54,964 bases of DNA from Candidatus Thalassarchaeum betae (GCA_003193925.1 PSPG01000011.1:1-54964), one strand, 5' to 3'; shown: positions 30,186-39,777, counted from the first letter of the stretch. Notes: generated by a model from the sequence alone, not told the origin. A program made the numbers and translations.

Positions 30186-30638
30186 TCAGCCCCACAGGTG
30201 GCTGTCGTCATGCCCGTCAGCGCTTCTCTCGGCCTGCTCGTGCAGGCTCGACCGGCGCCTGATGTCCTCCTTCTCGAAGGTTAGGAGCTCCTTGTCCTCG
30301 ATGTACGGGCGACGCAGGTGGGTGACTAGGCGTAGCTCTACGATCACGTCCCTCGCGATCGAGCGGAAGTCGCCGTCCTCGTCGAGTATCTCGACGGCGT
30401 TCCTCGAAGTCCCTACCAGCACTCCCCTGACCCAGGGCTCGACCTCGGGGGGAAGGGCCCTTGCATCGAGCAGTATCTCGATTATGTCGTCCTTCCTCAA
30501 TCCGGACTTTCGGTCGATGAGCGGTCCGTGGAAGACGTCGTTCAGGTCCGACAGCTTGGGCGAGCCGTACTCCTCGTGGATTCGCCTGGCCCAGCCGGGC
30601 AGGTCGTCGATTCTCTTGCCTCTGCGTTCTCCAGTCAT
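30186..30638 (-). CDS. Hypothetical protein (150 aa)
   Basis: MTGERRGKRIDDLPGW... coding-like codon use; 3-nt gap to the PCD gene suggests an operon. Confidence 0.75.
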   Translation of the reverse strand: MTGERRGKRIDDLPGWARRIHEEYGSPKLSDLNDVFHGPLIDRKSGLRKDDIIEILLDARALPPEVEPWVRGVLVGTSRNAVEILDEDGDFRSIARDVIVELRLVTHLRRPYIEDKELLTFEKEDIRRRSSLHEQAERSADGHDDSHLWG

Positions 30639-30753
30639 GTCGCTGCGTGGGAGTCGTGATAGAAAAGGAGTAGGTCGGGCCCAGATCGGGCCTTTGGCCC
30701 GAACTGGTGGCTTGAAGTGGGATGGTCGTGGCCGCAGGGTCCGAGGTGAGCGC

Positions 30754-31785
30754 ATGGCATCGATGGATTGGCGTCGTATTCCGACCGTCCTGTATCCCCA
30801 GGAGATTCTGGACAAGGCGTTCGGCAGGGCGAGCAAGCAGTCTGATCTGGTCGAGGACCCCGACAAGTACCACAGGGTCCGCAAGCAGATGGACAGGATG
30901 GTCCAGTCGGCTGCTGACGTCATCGACACGACCCTGCTGAAGTGGGTCGACCTCTGGCCCAGCCTCAACGCCCTCTCGCAGTTCGACCAAGCGCTCATCG
31001 ACGCTGCGGTCGGCAACGACGAGTACCGCAAGACCCTCGGCACCATCCAATGGGCCGCCGAGCAGGTCCGCAAGATCGCCGGCGAGACCCAGAGGAAAAT
31101 CTTGCGGCTCCGCAACATCGAGGGCTTCCACCAGGCCCGCCGCCACGCCTACGGCAGGTTCTCGTCCATCCTCGACCAGGTCTCGCCGCAGATACTGTGG
31201 CTCGGCGAGGCTCGCGACATCCTGCGCCAACTCCCCTCGCTCGACCCCGACGAGCCATGCATCGTGGTGGCCGGAGCGCCCAACGTCGGCAAGTCGGCCC
31301 TCATCACGGCGCTGTCCAGCGGCGAGCCCGAGGTCGCGATCTATCCGTTCACCACCAAGCAGCTCCATCTGGGGCACTTCGAGCACCGCAGGCGAGTCTA
31401 CCAGATGGTCGACACACCCGGACTGCTCGACCGGCCTAGGGCCGAGCGCAATCGCATCGAGATGCAGGCCATCGCAGCTTTGGAGCACATTGGCGACGCC
31501 CTAGTGTTCCTAGTTGACTCGACCGAGGGCAGCAGCATGAGTCAGAAGGAGCAGGAGCACCTGCTCTCCGAGGTCAGGGAGTTGATGTCCGAGAGGTCGA
31601 TGATAGTAGTCCACAGCAAGAGTGACATCCTCGACGGCGTACCGCTGGGTGCTGAGACCCTCATCAGCGCCGAGACAGGTGAGGGACTCGAGGAACTGCG
31701 CTCGAGGCTCATCGAGACGATAGGCGCAGATGACATATCGGACCCGCTGGTGCTGCCGGAGAACTGGCCGCGAAGGGACGAGTAG
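30754..31785 (+). CDS. NOG1-family GTP-binding protein (ribosome biogenesis)
   Basis: IPTV, LDKAFGRA, G1 GAPNVGKS, YPFTTK, DTPGLLDRP, NRIEMQAIAAL, SKSD; GAGGTGA SD upstream. Confidence 0.93.
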   Translation: MASMDWRRIPTVLYPQEILDKAFGRASKQSDLVEDPDKYHRVRKQMDRMVQSAADVIDTTLLKWVDLWPSLNALSQFDQALIDAAVGNDEYRKTLGTIQWAAEQVRKIAGETQRKILRLRNIEGFHQARRHAYGRFSSILDQVSPQILWLGEARDILRQLPSLDPDEPCIVVAGAPNVGKSALITALSSGEPEVAIYPFTTKQLHLGHFEHRRRVYQMVDTPGLLDRPRAERNRIEMQAIAALEHIGDALVFLVDSTEGSSMSQKEQEHLLSEVRELMSERSMIVVHSKSDILDGVPLGAETLISAETGEGLEELRSRLIETIGADDISDPLVLPENWPRRDE

Positions 31786-31905
31786 TCACTCGACGTGCCA
31801 ATGATGACCGCACACTGTGCAGTAGAGCCTGTACCCGCCCAATGAGGTGGGAAGCCCCCCGACGTCGATCTGCGTGCCGCAGTTCACGCATCGGTGCACG
31901 CGCAT
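31786..31905 (-). CDS. 39-aa zinc-finger microprotein with two CxxCG motifs; absent from the ORF track
   Basis: MRVHRCVNCGTQIDVGGLPTSLGGYRLYCTVCGHHWHVE*, preceded by a GGAGGTGG SD. Confidence 0.8.
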   Translation of the reverse strand: MRVHRCVNCGTQIDVGGLPTSLGGYRLYCTVCGHHWHVE

Positions 31906-31950
31906 GTGGTAGCCACCTCCCTTCGGTTCTTCAACAAAACTGATGCCGAC

Positions 31951-32541
31951 TCAGGCTTCCTTGAAGCGCTGCCAAGCCCGCATGATCCGGTTGTGGGCGA
32001 ACATCTCCCCCGACCCTGCGAACAGCAGGATGGCCACGATCCCGAGCAGGATCTCCGCCGCGGGGTTCAGGCTGACCTCGGGAGTGATGGTCACGAGCTG
32101 CTTGCCGCCGAGGCCGGAGGTGTCGGTGCTCGCTGTGGCGAATCTGTAGTCTCCCGGCTTGAGATTGAACATCATCGAGCCGTCGTCTTCCTCGTCACCG
32201 CCGGCGACGAAGTCGAAATCGTTTGCAGTGCAGGTCGTCAGCCCGTCGGAGTCCGGCTCGCAGCCATCCGGCGGCGGGCTTTCGATGACTCCTATCCAGC
32301 TGCTGTCGGACTTGTCCCACTCGATTGTCAGTTTGATGTCCAGAAGCATGAACGCCGTTGGAGCAGACAGGTCCTCGGTCGCCAGACCCACCGGGCAGTC
32401 CGTGGTGTCGTCGGTGCATGGGACCAGGGGGACGTTCGTGCGACTCTGGTCGAGGGTCGGGCCATACAGGCTGACTATTACCAGCAGGGCGCAGATTACT
32501 CCGACGACCGCCGGGAGGACCGAGAGGATGCGAACCATCAT
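31951..32541 (-). CDS. Hypothetical membrane protein with two TM helices flanking an acidic Cys-containing extracellular loop
   Basis: Terminal hydrophobic helices, four loop cysteines, GGAGG upstream. Confidence 0.75.
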   Translation of the reverse strand: MMVRILSVLPAVVGVICALLVIVSLYGPTLDQSRTNVPLVPCTDDTTDCPVGLATEDLSAPTAFMLLDIKLTIEWDKSDSSWIGVIESPPPDGCEPDSDGLTTCTANDFDFVAGGDEEDDGSMMFNLKPGDYRFATASTDTSGLGGKQLVTITPEVSLNPAAEILLGIVAILLFAGSGEMFAHNRIMRAWQRFKEA

Positions 32542-32569
32542 GTGAATCACATCCTCCTAGTGTTACGGT

Positions 32570-32887
32570 TCAACCTGATGCCCCCATGAGTTGCAGCATG
32601 ACGAGCAGTATGGCTATTCCAGGGAACAGGTACAGCATCACTGTCAGCCTCTTCCTCGAAGCCTCCCTCTTCTCCTGCTTCTCGGCGCAGGTCGCTTCGG
32701 AGCATATCGCAGGGTCGCTGTCGAGGGGAATCGGGGCCCAGCAGATCACACAGTGCCTGTGCTCCGGAGTCTGGAACTCCCTACGCGCGCGCTTACGACG
32801 CTCGCTCTCTCGGTGTCGCTGAGCGGCGTCTCTGGCCTCCTGAGCGGTCTTCTGGGCCGCCTTGAGTATCTTCTCCTTCCGACTCAT
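32570..32887 (-). CDS. DUF2116 family Zn-ribbon membrane protein
   Basis: PEHRHCVICWAPIP...CSEATC followed by a basic stretch and a C-terminal TM. Confidence 0.85.
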   Translation of the reverse strand: MSRKEKILKAAQKTAQEARDAAQRHRESERRKRARREFQTPEHRHCVICWAPIPLDSDPAICSEATCAEKQEKREASRKRLTVMLYLFPGIAILLVMLQLMGASG

Positions 32888-32895
32888 GCACTCAC

Positions 32896-33594
32896 CTATG
32901 CGACTACTGTGCCGCCGAACTCCCGGCCCTCGATGGCCTCCCGGATCCTCTCTGTGTCACGCCCGTCGAGGATGCACAGTGGCATCCCAGCGCGCCGCGC
33001 CGCGTCCACGCCCACAGGGTCGACGACCTGAGAGGGGCCGGCCCGAGAGTGCTCGGGCGGGCCGACGATTTCCTGCAGCTGGGCGTGAGTGAGCCGGTCG
33101 TGCGCCTCGGCGTCGGGATTCGAGCGTGGGTCGGAGTCGTGCACCTTGGCCACGTTGGTCGCGATGACGCAGCGCTCGGCGCCGGCGGCGACGGCTAGCC
33201 TGATGGCGACGGCGTCGGTGGTGTGGCCCGGCCGGGTGCCGCCCATCACCACGACTTGACGCCCCTCGAGCAGCTCAGCCGCCTCGTTGACGCTGCGTGG
33301 GATGGTGCCGGACACGGGGATGCCGGCGTCAGCTAGGCCCTCGCGCACGATGGCGGCATTGAGACGCGTGGCAGCGATGCCGATCCTGTCGAGCCGGTCC
33401 TCGGAGTCGATAAGGGGTCTTGCAAGCGCGATTCCCTCACGCGCGGCGGCTCCGCCGCCGACCACGAGGCCGAGCCTGTCGCCCACGGCGACACGGTCTC
33501 TGACGATCCCGATTAGACTCTCGAGCCAAGTGTGCCGCTCGTCGAGCTCGGGCCTCAGGAGGCTGCCCCCGAGTGCCACAATCACGGTCGCCAT
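32896..33594 (-). CDS. pyrH: UMP kinase (archaeal type)
   Basis: VALGGS, VVGGGAAARE, DRIGIAATRLNA, MGGTRPGHTTDAVA, DSDPR, GTVV. Confidence 0.95.
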   Translation of the reverse strand: MATVIVALGGSLLRPELDERHTWLESLIGIVRDRVAVGDRLGLVVGGGAAAREGIALARPLIDSEDRLDRIGIAATRLNAAIVREGLADAGIPVSGTIPRSVNEAAELLEGRQVVVMGGTRPGHTTDAVAIRLAVAAGAERCVIATNVAKVHDSDPRSNPDAEAHDRLTHAQLQEIVGPPEHSRAGPSQVVDPVGVDAARRAGMPLCILDGRDTERIREAIEGREFGGTVVA

Positions 33595-33690
33595 CGCGGC
33601 ATGGGCGCACATGCCCCCTTTCAATGCCTACGGCGTGACCGCGGTGAAGGGTTGAAATGCCGCCCCTCCGGCCTTTCGCAGAGGTAAAGC

Positions 33691-34938
33691 ATGTCTGATG
33701 ACTTGGCGCAACAGCAGCGCAGGCTCCGTCTGAAGAAAGCGCTCGGGGAGCTGACGTCCATGCGCGGCATGGGCACTGAGCTCGTCACCGTCGTCGTCCC
33801 GCCTGACAGGATGATACACCTTGTCCGTCAACACCTCTCCCAAGAATCGGGCCAAGCCGTCAACATCAAGTCTAAGTCCACCAGGAAGCACGTTGCCGAC
33901 GCTATCGAGTCCGCGATAGCCACGATCAACCGCTACAAGACCCCCGGGGAGCGCGGAATCGCCATCTTCGTCGGCCATGTCATAGTGGGCAACAACAAGA
34001 GCAGGCTCATCTCCACGGTCATCGACGACCCGCCGGAGCCATTCACCTCCTTCAGGTACAGGTGCGATTCGAGATTCGAGGTCAGCCAACTCGAGGAGAT
34101 GCTGATCGACAGGACCGCATACGGCCTGTTCGTCATCGACCGCTCCGAGTCGGCATACGGGTTGGCCTCGGGCAAGCGCCTGCACTGCCAGGCACACATC
34201 ACCTCGCAGGTCCCCTCCAAGCACGGGCGAGGCGGTCAGTCTGCCCGGCGCTTCGAGCGACTGATCGAGGAGGCGGCTCACACGTTCTTCCAGAAGTCCG
34301 CAGAAAGGGCCTGCGCCTACTGGCTGCCGATGATTGAGGATCTCGAGGGAATCATCGTAGGCGGCCCTGGTGCGACCAAGGACTTCGTGGTCAAGAACGA
34401 CTACTTCCACCACGAGATCAAGAAACTGATCCGCGAGCCGCTGTTCGATGTCGGCTACTCCAACGAGAGCGGGCTGCGCGAGCTGATCCAGCGCGCCGGC
34501 GGCCTGATGGACCAGATCGAGCTCGACACCGAGCGCAGGCTGGTGGACGGCTTCCTGCGCGAGGTGATGCAGCCTCTCCCCAAGGCGACCTACGGCGAGG
34601 CCATGGTGAGGTCTGCGCTCGAGCAGGGTGCGGTGCACACACTGCTGCTCTCCGAGGCTCTGCGCAAGCGCAGGGTCGGCTGGGTTTGCAAGCCTTGCAA
34701 GCACGAGTGGGAGGCGACCCAGACGAGCCGCTCAGAGCTGCCCAACTGCCCCTCCTGCGACTCGGAGGACATCCGGGAGGACCCTGACAGGACGATGGAC
34801 CTGATAGACGAGATGAGCATGCTCGCCGGGCACACCTCCGCCAAGGTCAGCCTGGTATCAATGGACACCGAGGAGGGCGCCACGCTGAACGAGGCTTTCG
34901 GCGGCATCGCCGCCATACTGAGATACGCTTGGAGTTGA
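33691..34938 (+). CDS. prf1: Peptide chain release factor aRF1
   Basis: GTELVT, NIKS, YRCDSRF, GRGGQSARRF, Zn ribbon, AFGGIAAILRY. Confidence 0.97.
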   Translation: MSDDLAQQQRRLRLKKALGELTSMRGMGTELVTVVVPPDRMIHLVRQHLSQESGQAVNIKSKSTRKHVADAIESAIATINRYKTPGERGIAIFVGHVIVGNNKSRLISTVIDDPPEPFTSFRYRCDSRFEVSQLEEMLIDRTAYGLFVIDRSESAYGLASGKRLHCQAHITSQVPSKHGRGGQSARRFERLIEEAAHTFFQKSAERACAYWLPMIEDLEGIIVGGPGATKDFVVKNDYFHHEIKKLIREPLFDVGYSNESGLRELIQRAGGLMDQIELDTERRLVDGFLREVMQPLPKATYGEAMVRSALEQGAVHTLLLSEALRKRRVGWVCKPCKHEWEATQTSRSELPNCPSCDSEDIREDPDRTMDLIDEMSMLAGHTSAKVSLVSMDTEEGATLNEAFGGIAAILRYAWS

Positions 34939-34942
34939 GACG

Positions 34943-36682
34943 ATGAGGAAACTTGCGGAGGCGGTGGCCCCGGCTCTGGAGGCAGCGCTCTCCGGCGTTG
35001 GCGTCGGCGGCGAGGCCTGGGCGGACCTGCTCGGCCCTGCCACCGTCGAGCAGCACGGCGACCTCGCTCTGCCGTGCCATCCGCTGGCCGGCGTACTGCG
35101 CCGCTCGCCGAAGGACATCGCCGACGAGGTTGCCTCAGTTCTGGCGCCTTCGCTCTCTGACGTCGCCGAGGTCTCCTCAGTCAGCGGCTTCGTCAACATG
35201 CGGGCCAAGCCCTCGTGGCTCGCTGCCCAGATGATGGGACTGCTGCCCGATGACAGGCTGGGCATAACCGTCGAGCGTACTAGGACCGTCGCAGTGGACT
35301 ACTCGGCCCCCAATGTGGCCAAGGAGATGCACGTGGGGCACCTCCGCTCGACGGTAATCGGCGATGCGATCGTCCGGATGCTGGGGCACAAGGGCCACAT
35401 CGTCTACCGCGAGAACCACGTGGGGGACTGGGGGACTCCGTTCGGCATGCTGATCGAGCACCTGCTCGACCTCAGCGAGGCCAATGCCGCCGCGGAGCTC
35501 AGCGTAGGCGACCTAGACGGTTTCTACAAGCAAGCCCGAGTCAAATTCAACTCCGACGAGACGTTCGTCGCGCGCTCTAGGAACCGCGTGGTGCTGCTGC
35601 AGAGCGGCGACGAGGAGACTCTGAGGCTGTGGCGGATCCTCGTCGACGAGTCGATGCGCTACTTCAACGAGGTCTACGGGATGCTGGGAGTGCTTCTGAC
35701 CGACGGCGATATCATGGGCGAATCGAACTACCACCACCTCCTGCCAGTCGTCGTCGAGCGCCTGCGAGCACAGGGCATGCTCGAGGAGAGCGCGGGCGCG
35801 CAGGTGGTCTATCCCGGAGGCTGGGTGAATCGCGAAGGCGAGCCGATGCCGCTGATAATCGAGAAGGCTGACGGCGCCTACAACTACGCCACCACCGACC
35901 TAGCCTGCATCATCGACCGTGTGGAGAGGCTCGACTGCGACGACCTGCTGTACGTGGTCGGAACGCCCCAGTCCCAGCACTTCAAGATGGTATTCCAAGT
36001 CGCCGAGCAGGCCGGTTTCATGGGCGATGCGCACAACGCGGTGCACGTCAACTTCGGCTCTGTGATGGACTCTGACGGCAAGATACTGAAGAGCCGCGAG
36101 GGAGAGGTCATCAAACTGGTAGATTTGCTGCGCGAAGCCACTTCGAGGGCCGAGCAGGCAATCGCTGAGAAGAATCCAGAGCTGCAGGGCACCGAGCGCG
36201 AAGCCGTGGCTAGGATGATTGGAATCGGCTCCGTCAAGTACGCAGACCTATCCACTGAGAGGAGCAAAGACTACGTCTTCGACTGGGACCGGATGCTGGC
36301 CTTCGAGGGCAACACCTCCCCCTACCTGCAGTACGCCCACGCCAGGATATGCAGCATCTTCCGGCGTTCGGGCATCGAACGCTCGTCGGCCAGAGACGCC
36401 AGCATCACACTCGCTCAACCAGAGGAGGCCCTACTGGCACGACGACTCGTCAACTTCGCCGCCGTCACCGATGACACGCTGGCATCCTACTCCCCCCATA
36501 CCCTGTGCACCTACCTGCACTCGCTGGCCTCGTCCTTCGCATCGTTCTACGAGGTCTGCCCCGTCATCGCGGCAGGAGACGATGCGACCAGAGACAGTCG
36601 TCTGGCGCTGTGTGACCTGACGGCCAGGACCATCTGCACGGGCCTCGAACTGCTTGGCATCGACTCGCCCGAGCGGATGTGA
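34943..36682 (+). CDS. argS: Arginine--tRNA ligase
   Basis: DYSAPNVAKEMHVGHLRST, NHVGDWGT, YATTDLA, EGNTSPYLQYAHARICS. Confidence 0.97.
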   Translation: MRKLAEAVAPALEAALSGVGVGGEAWADLLGPATVEQHGDLALPCHPLAGVLRRSPKDIADEVASVLAPSLSDVAEVSSVSGFVNMRAKPSWLAAQMMGLLPDDRLGITVERTRTVAVDYSAPNVAKEMHVGHLRSTVIGDAIVRMLGHKGHIVYRENHVGDWGTPFGMLIEHLLDLSEANAAAELSVGDLDGFYKQARVKFNSDETFVARSRNRVVLLQSGDEETLRLWRILVDESMRYFNEVYGMLGVLLTDGDIMGESNYHHLLPVVVERLRAQGMLEESAGAQVVYPGGWVNREGEPMPLIIEKADGAYNYATTDLACIIDRVERLDCDDLLYVVGTPQSQHFKMVFQVAEQAGFMGDAHNAVHVNFGSVMDSDGKILKSREGEVIKLVDLLREATSRAEQAIAEKNPELQGTEREAVARMIGIGSVKYADLSTERSKDYVFDWDRMLAFEGNTSPYLQYAHARICSIFRRSGIERSSARDASITLAQPEEALLARRLVNFAAVTDDTLASYSPHTLCTYLHSLASSFASFYEVCPVIAAGDDATRDSRLALCDLTARTICTGLELLGIDSPERM

Positions 36683-37009
36683 TCAGCCGTTGGACTCTGC
36701 GAGCATCCGGCGCGCAGCGTCCAGACCCCCTCTGACCGAGCCGACTCGCTCGCTTCCGGCGTACAGCGCCCAGTAGGGCAGCACGTCGACCTCGTGAACC
36801 AACCATCTCAACTCGACCCGCAGGGGGAACCCAGTCGGGTCGTCGAGCATCAGGCGCCTGACCTCGGTGCCCTCTACAGCATCCCCCGAATCGGCCAACT
36901 CGTCCTCGACGGTGCCGCACCGCACGCACGTGGTGCGTGAGACTAGGATGAGAACGGAGTCCAGGCCCATGGCGCTGTCCCAGTCCTCTACGGTCACGAT
37001 GTCCTCCAT
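36683..37009 (-). CDS. Thioredoxin-fold hypothetical protein
   Basis: CVRC motif, VLPYW cis-Pro-like segment, 108 aa, AGGTGG upstream. Confidence 0.65.
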   Translation of the reverse strand: MEDIVTVEDWDSAMGLDSVLILVSRTTCVRCGTVEDELADSGDAVEGTEVRRLMLDDPTGFPLRVELRWLVHEVDVLPYWALYAGSERVGSVRGGLDAARRMLAESNG

Positions 37010-37065
37010 GTTACCACCTGAGGCCAGAGGGAGATTGTTGAAGGAGGGAACCCCTTGGAGTCCTC

Positions 37066-37530
37066 ATGGTATCCGTAGGGGAGATGGCCCCGGACTTCAC
37101 GCTGACGGCACACGACAAGTCGACTGTGACACTGAGCGAGATGCGGGGCGAGCGAGTCATCCTGGCATTCTACCCCGCCGCTTTCACCGGTGTATGCACC
37201 AAGGAGATGTGCACATTCACCGATGCGATGGCCGGCCTCGATGCCGCTGGCACCTCGGTGCTGGGCATCTCGGTCGACTCGCCTTTCTCCAACGGCGCCT
37301 TCGCCAGCGAGAACGGCATCGGATTCCCGCTGCTATCTGATGTTCACCGTGATGTGGTGAATGCCTACGGAGTCGCGCTCGACGACTTCGTCATCGCAGG
37401 CTACACCGTCGCCCAGCGTTCGGTCTTCGTGGTCGAGGCTGACGGCAGCATCGGTTTCGCCTGGGTAGCAGACAACCCGGGGCAGGAGCCCGACTACGAG
37501 GCCGCATTGGAACACTGTCAGTCGCCGTAG
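37066..37530 (+). CDS. Peroxiredoxin (BCP/AhpE-like redoxin)
   Basis: APDFTL, FYPAAFTGVCTKEMC, GISVDS, FPLLSD, RSVFVV. Confidence 0.92.
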   Translation: MVSVGEMAPDFTLTAHDKSTVTLSEMRGERVILAFYPAAFTGVCTKEMCTFTDAMAGLDAAGTSVLGISVDSPFSNGAFASENGIGFPLLSDVHRDVVNAYGVALDDFVIAGYTVAQRSVFVVEADGSIGFAWVADNPGQEPDYEAALEHCQSP

Positions 37531-39125
37531 GCGAGGTACCTGACGAGAGAGCCGTAGATGATACCTGAGACCATCAGGCTCTCCTCGTTGAATCGCTCCA
37601 TCGTGTCGAGGTACGTGTGGTACTCGGTGGAGCCGGAGCCGTAGCAGACAATGGCTCGGCCGTAGTACTTGTCCGGGCCGTCCTCGTCATCGAGGTTGTA
37701 GACGAAGGGAGCGTGGTCGGAATTGTAGGGCATGGCGGTGGAACTGTGCAAGTGGATGCTGATTGGGTACTTGTCCGCTAGTTCGGGATAGGCGCTCGAG
37801 AATACGCTCGCGACACCTCTGATGTGATCGACGTCGGCCTTGTTGTTGCCGAACATCGTCACCCCGGAGTTGCGCTCCGCATCGACGTGGTTCATGTCCA
37901 GGTTGATGTACAGCCTGAGGTTATCCACTAGCATGGTTCGATGCTTGTCGACCCACTCGGTCGAGCCCCACAGCCCCTCCTCCTCACCTCCCCAGGTGCA
38001 GAAGTAGATGGTGTGCTTCGGAGTCCCCAACTGCGACTCCAGAAGTCCGAACTGCCGGGCGATCTCCTGCAGGGTGGCGACTCCCGATGTGTCGTCGACC
38101 GCGCCCTGCCCGTTGTACACCGTATCGTGGTGCGCGCCGAAGATGATGAGAGAGTCCGTCTGCCCCTCGATTATCCCACAGGGCACGTATATGGTCGCAG
38201 TACCCTGGTTGTTGACATCCGTGATGAACTGCAGACGGGCGTCTCCGTTGATGACCTCGTCGACGATGGCCTGACCGACGCTCCTCGAGACCATGATGAA
38301 CCCGAGGTCCTCGGGGATGGGGTCGATGGACGAGATTTCGACCGACTTGAAGTACGGCACGCAATCGTCTGAGACGAGCTCGTCGCAGTTCTGCCTGTCG
38401 TTGATGAGGATGAGTCCCGCGAGGTCGTTGTACGCGCCCCTCTGGAACAGCGCCGTGTTACCCTCGGTCTCCGGCTTCAGCCACACCAGGCCGACCTCGC
38501 TCGCCGCTGAGGCCCAGTCGGCCGACTCGTTGCCGGTTCCTAGGTCGATCACCGTTATATCGTCGACATACTGAATGGAGGAGGAGCCGCTGTAGCCCTG
38601 TATGACGTAGTCCTCTCGGTGCGTGAACTCGACGATGTCGCGGTTGACGTCAGCGATGCTGCAAGGTGTGGGGCCTCCGAAGATGTTCCCGATGCCACCG
38701 GGGGTACACATCGACAGGGCGGGGTCGTTGCCTATGACGAACATCGGCACATCGAAGTCCTCCAAGGTTGCGGGAATGCCCATCGAGGAGAAGTTGAATT
38801 TGATCGCTGCTGCTGCGTTCTCCTCCTCCAGTGTGCCAGAGAGCCTGCCCTCCCACTCGGGATGCCCCACGTCGACCAGCGACTGGGCGTAGATTCTGGC
38901 CTGTTCAGGGTCGAACTCTATCAGTTCATAGTCCGGCTCGCCCCTGATCCAGACCATGATGTCGTCGCCGTAGAGAATGGCTCCGCCCGAGCCTCCCACC
39001 AGTATCAGTGCGGCGACCGCGAGCACCGGCACCGGGAGAGCGCGGGCGCGCTCCACCATGTCGGATACGGACTTCGAAACCCTTCCGCCGCTAGGCGCTT
39101 CCTCGACCAGCTCGACGTCGATCAC
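37518..39125 (-). CDS. Membrane-anchored M28-family metallopeptidase
   Basis: N-terminal TM, GAHHD, GAVDDTSG, GGEEEGLWGS, INLDM, SDHAPF, YHT. Confidence 0.9.
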   Translation of the reverse strand: MIDVELVEEAPSGGRVSKSVSDMVERARALPVPVLAVAALILVGGSGGAILYGDDIMVWIRGEPDYELIEFDPEQARIYAQSLVDVGHPEWEGRLSGTLEEENAAAAIKFNFSSMGIPATLEDFDVPMFVIGNDPALSMCTPGGIGNIFGGPTPCSIADVNRDIVEFTHREDYVIQGYSGSSSIQYVDDITVIDLGTGNESADWASAASEVGLVWLKPETEGNTALFQRGAYNDLAGLILINDRQNCDELVSDDCVPYFKSVEISSIDPIPEDLGFIMVSRSVGQAIVDEVINGDARLQFITDVNNQGTATIYVPCGIIEGQTDSLIIFGAHHDTVYNGQGAVDDTSGVATLQEIARQFGLLESQLGTPKHTIYFCTWGGEEEGLWGSTEWVDKHRTMLVDNLRLYINLDMNHVDAERNSGVTMFGNNKADVDHIRGVASVFSSAYPELADKYPISIHLHSSTAMPYNSDHAPFVYNLDDEDGPDKYYGRAIVCYGSGSTEYHTYLDTMERFNEESLMVSGIIYGSLVRYLAYGD

Positions 39126-39198
39126 AGGAAACCCTCAGCAGCGTCGCGCCTTCGCCGGACTATTGAACTCACGCCAAATCAGTATCCGTGTTTCGCGG

Positions 39199-39777
39199 TT
39201 AGCCGCGCCCCACTTCCTCGCCGGTCCAGCGCTTGCCCAACGAGTGGTCGACCCCCATCTGGTCCAGAATCCGGGCGACCACGAAGTCGATTAACTCCTC
39301 AATCGTGTTCGGTGAGTGGTAGAACCCGGGGCTGGCGGGCAGTATGACGACTCCCCATGAGGACATCCTGGCCATCGCCTCGAGGTGGGGGGTCGATACC
39401 GGCGTCTCTCTGGGGACGACGATCACCTTGCGCCTCTCCTTCAGCGCGACTGAGGCGCTGCGTGTGGCGAGGTTGTCGGAGACACCGGCGGCGATCTTGC
39501 TGATTGTGGTGCCGCTGGCGGGGCAGAAGACGTATGCGTCGAAGCGGGCCGAGCCGGAGGCGGCGCGGGCTGCGAGGTTGTCATTGTCCTCGAGGGTGAC
39601 CGAGTCGTGGATAGCCAGTTCCTCGGGGGGGATTCCGCACTCGAGGTCGAGGTTGATCGCGCCCGCGCTGGTGACGATGAGGTTGACCGACCAGCCGGCT
39701 TCGACCAGCTGGTCGACCAGACGGACGCCGTACCGGGCCCCGGAAGCGCCAGTGATGGCCACGACAGCCTCAGGCAT
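39199..39777 (-). CDS. ubiX: Flavin prenyltransferase
   Basis: VAITGASGARYG, ASGS, PASGTT, DNLATR, LKERR, PRETP, PGFY. Confidence 0.95.
   Translation of the reverse strand: MPEAVVAITGASGARYGVRLVDQLVEAGWSVNLIVTSAGAINLDLECGIPPEELAIHDSVTLEDNDNLAARAASGSARFDAYVFCPASGTTISKIAAGVSDNLATRSASVALKERRKVIVVPRETPVSTPHLEAMARMSSWGVVILPASPGFYHSPNTIEELIDFVVARILDQMGVDHSLGKRWTGEEVGRG

Noticed and set aside
29914-30753. 280-aa N-terminal extension of the NOG1 ORF in the ORF track
   Set aside because: It is antisense to two real genes; the likely start is ATG 30754 with a GAGGTGA SD.
33628-34704. 358-aa minus-strand ORF opposite aRF1 (and similar long antisense ORFs such as 50370..51578)
   Set aside because: Expected stop-poor antisense frames in high-GC3 genes; no independent coding signal.
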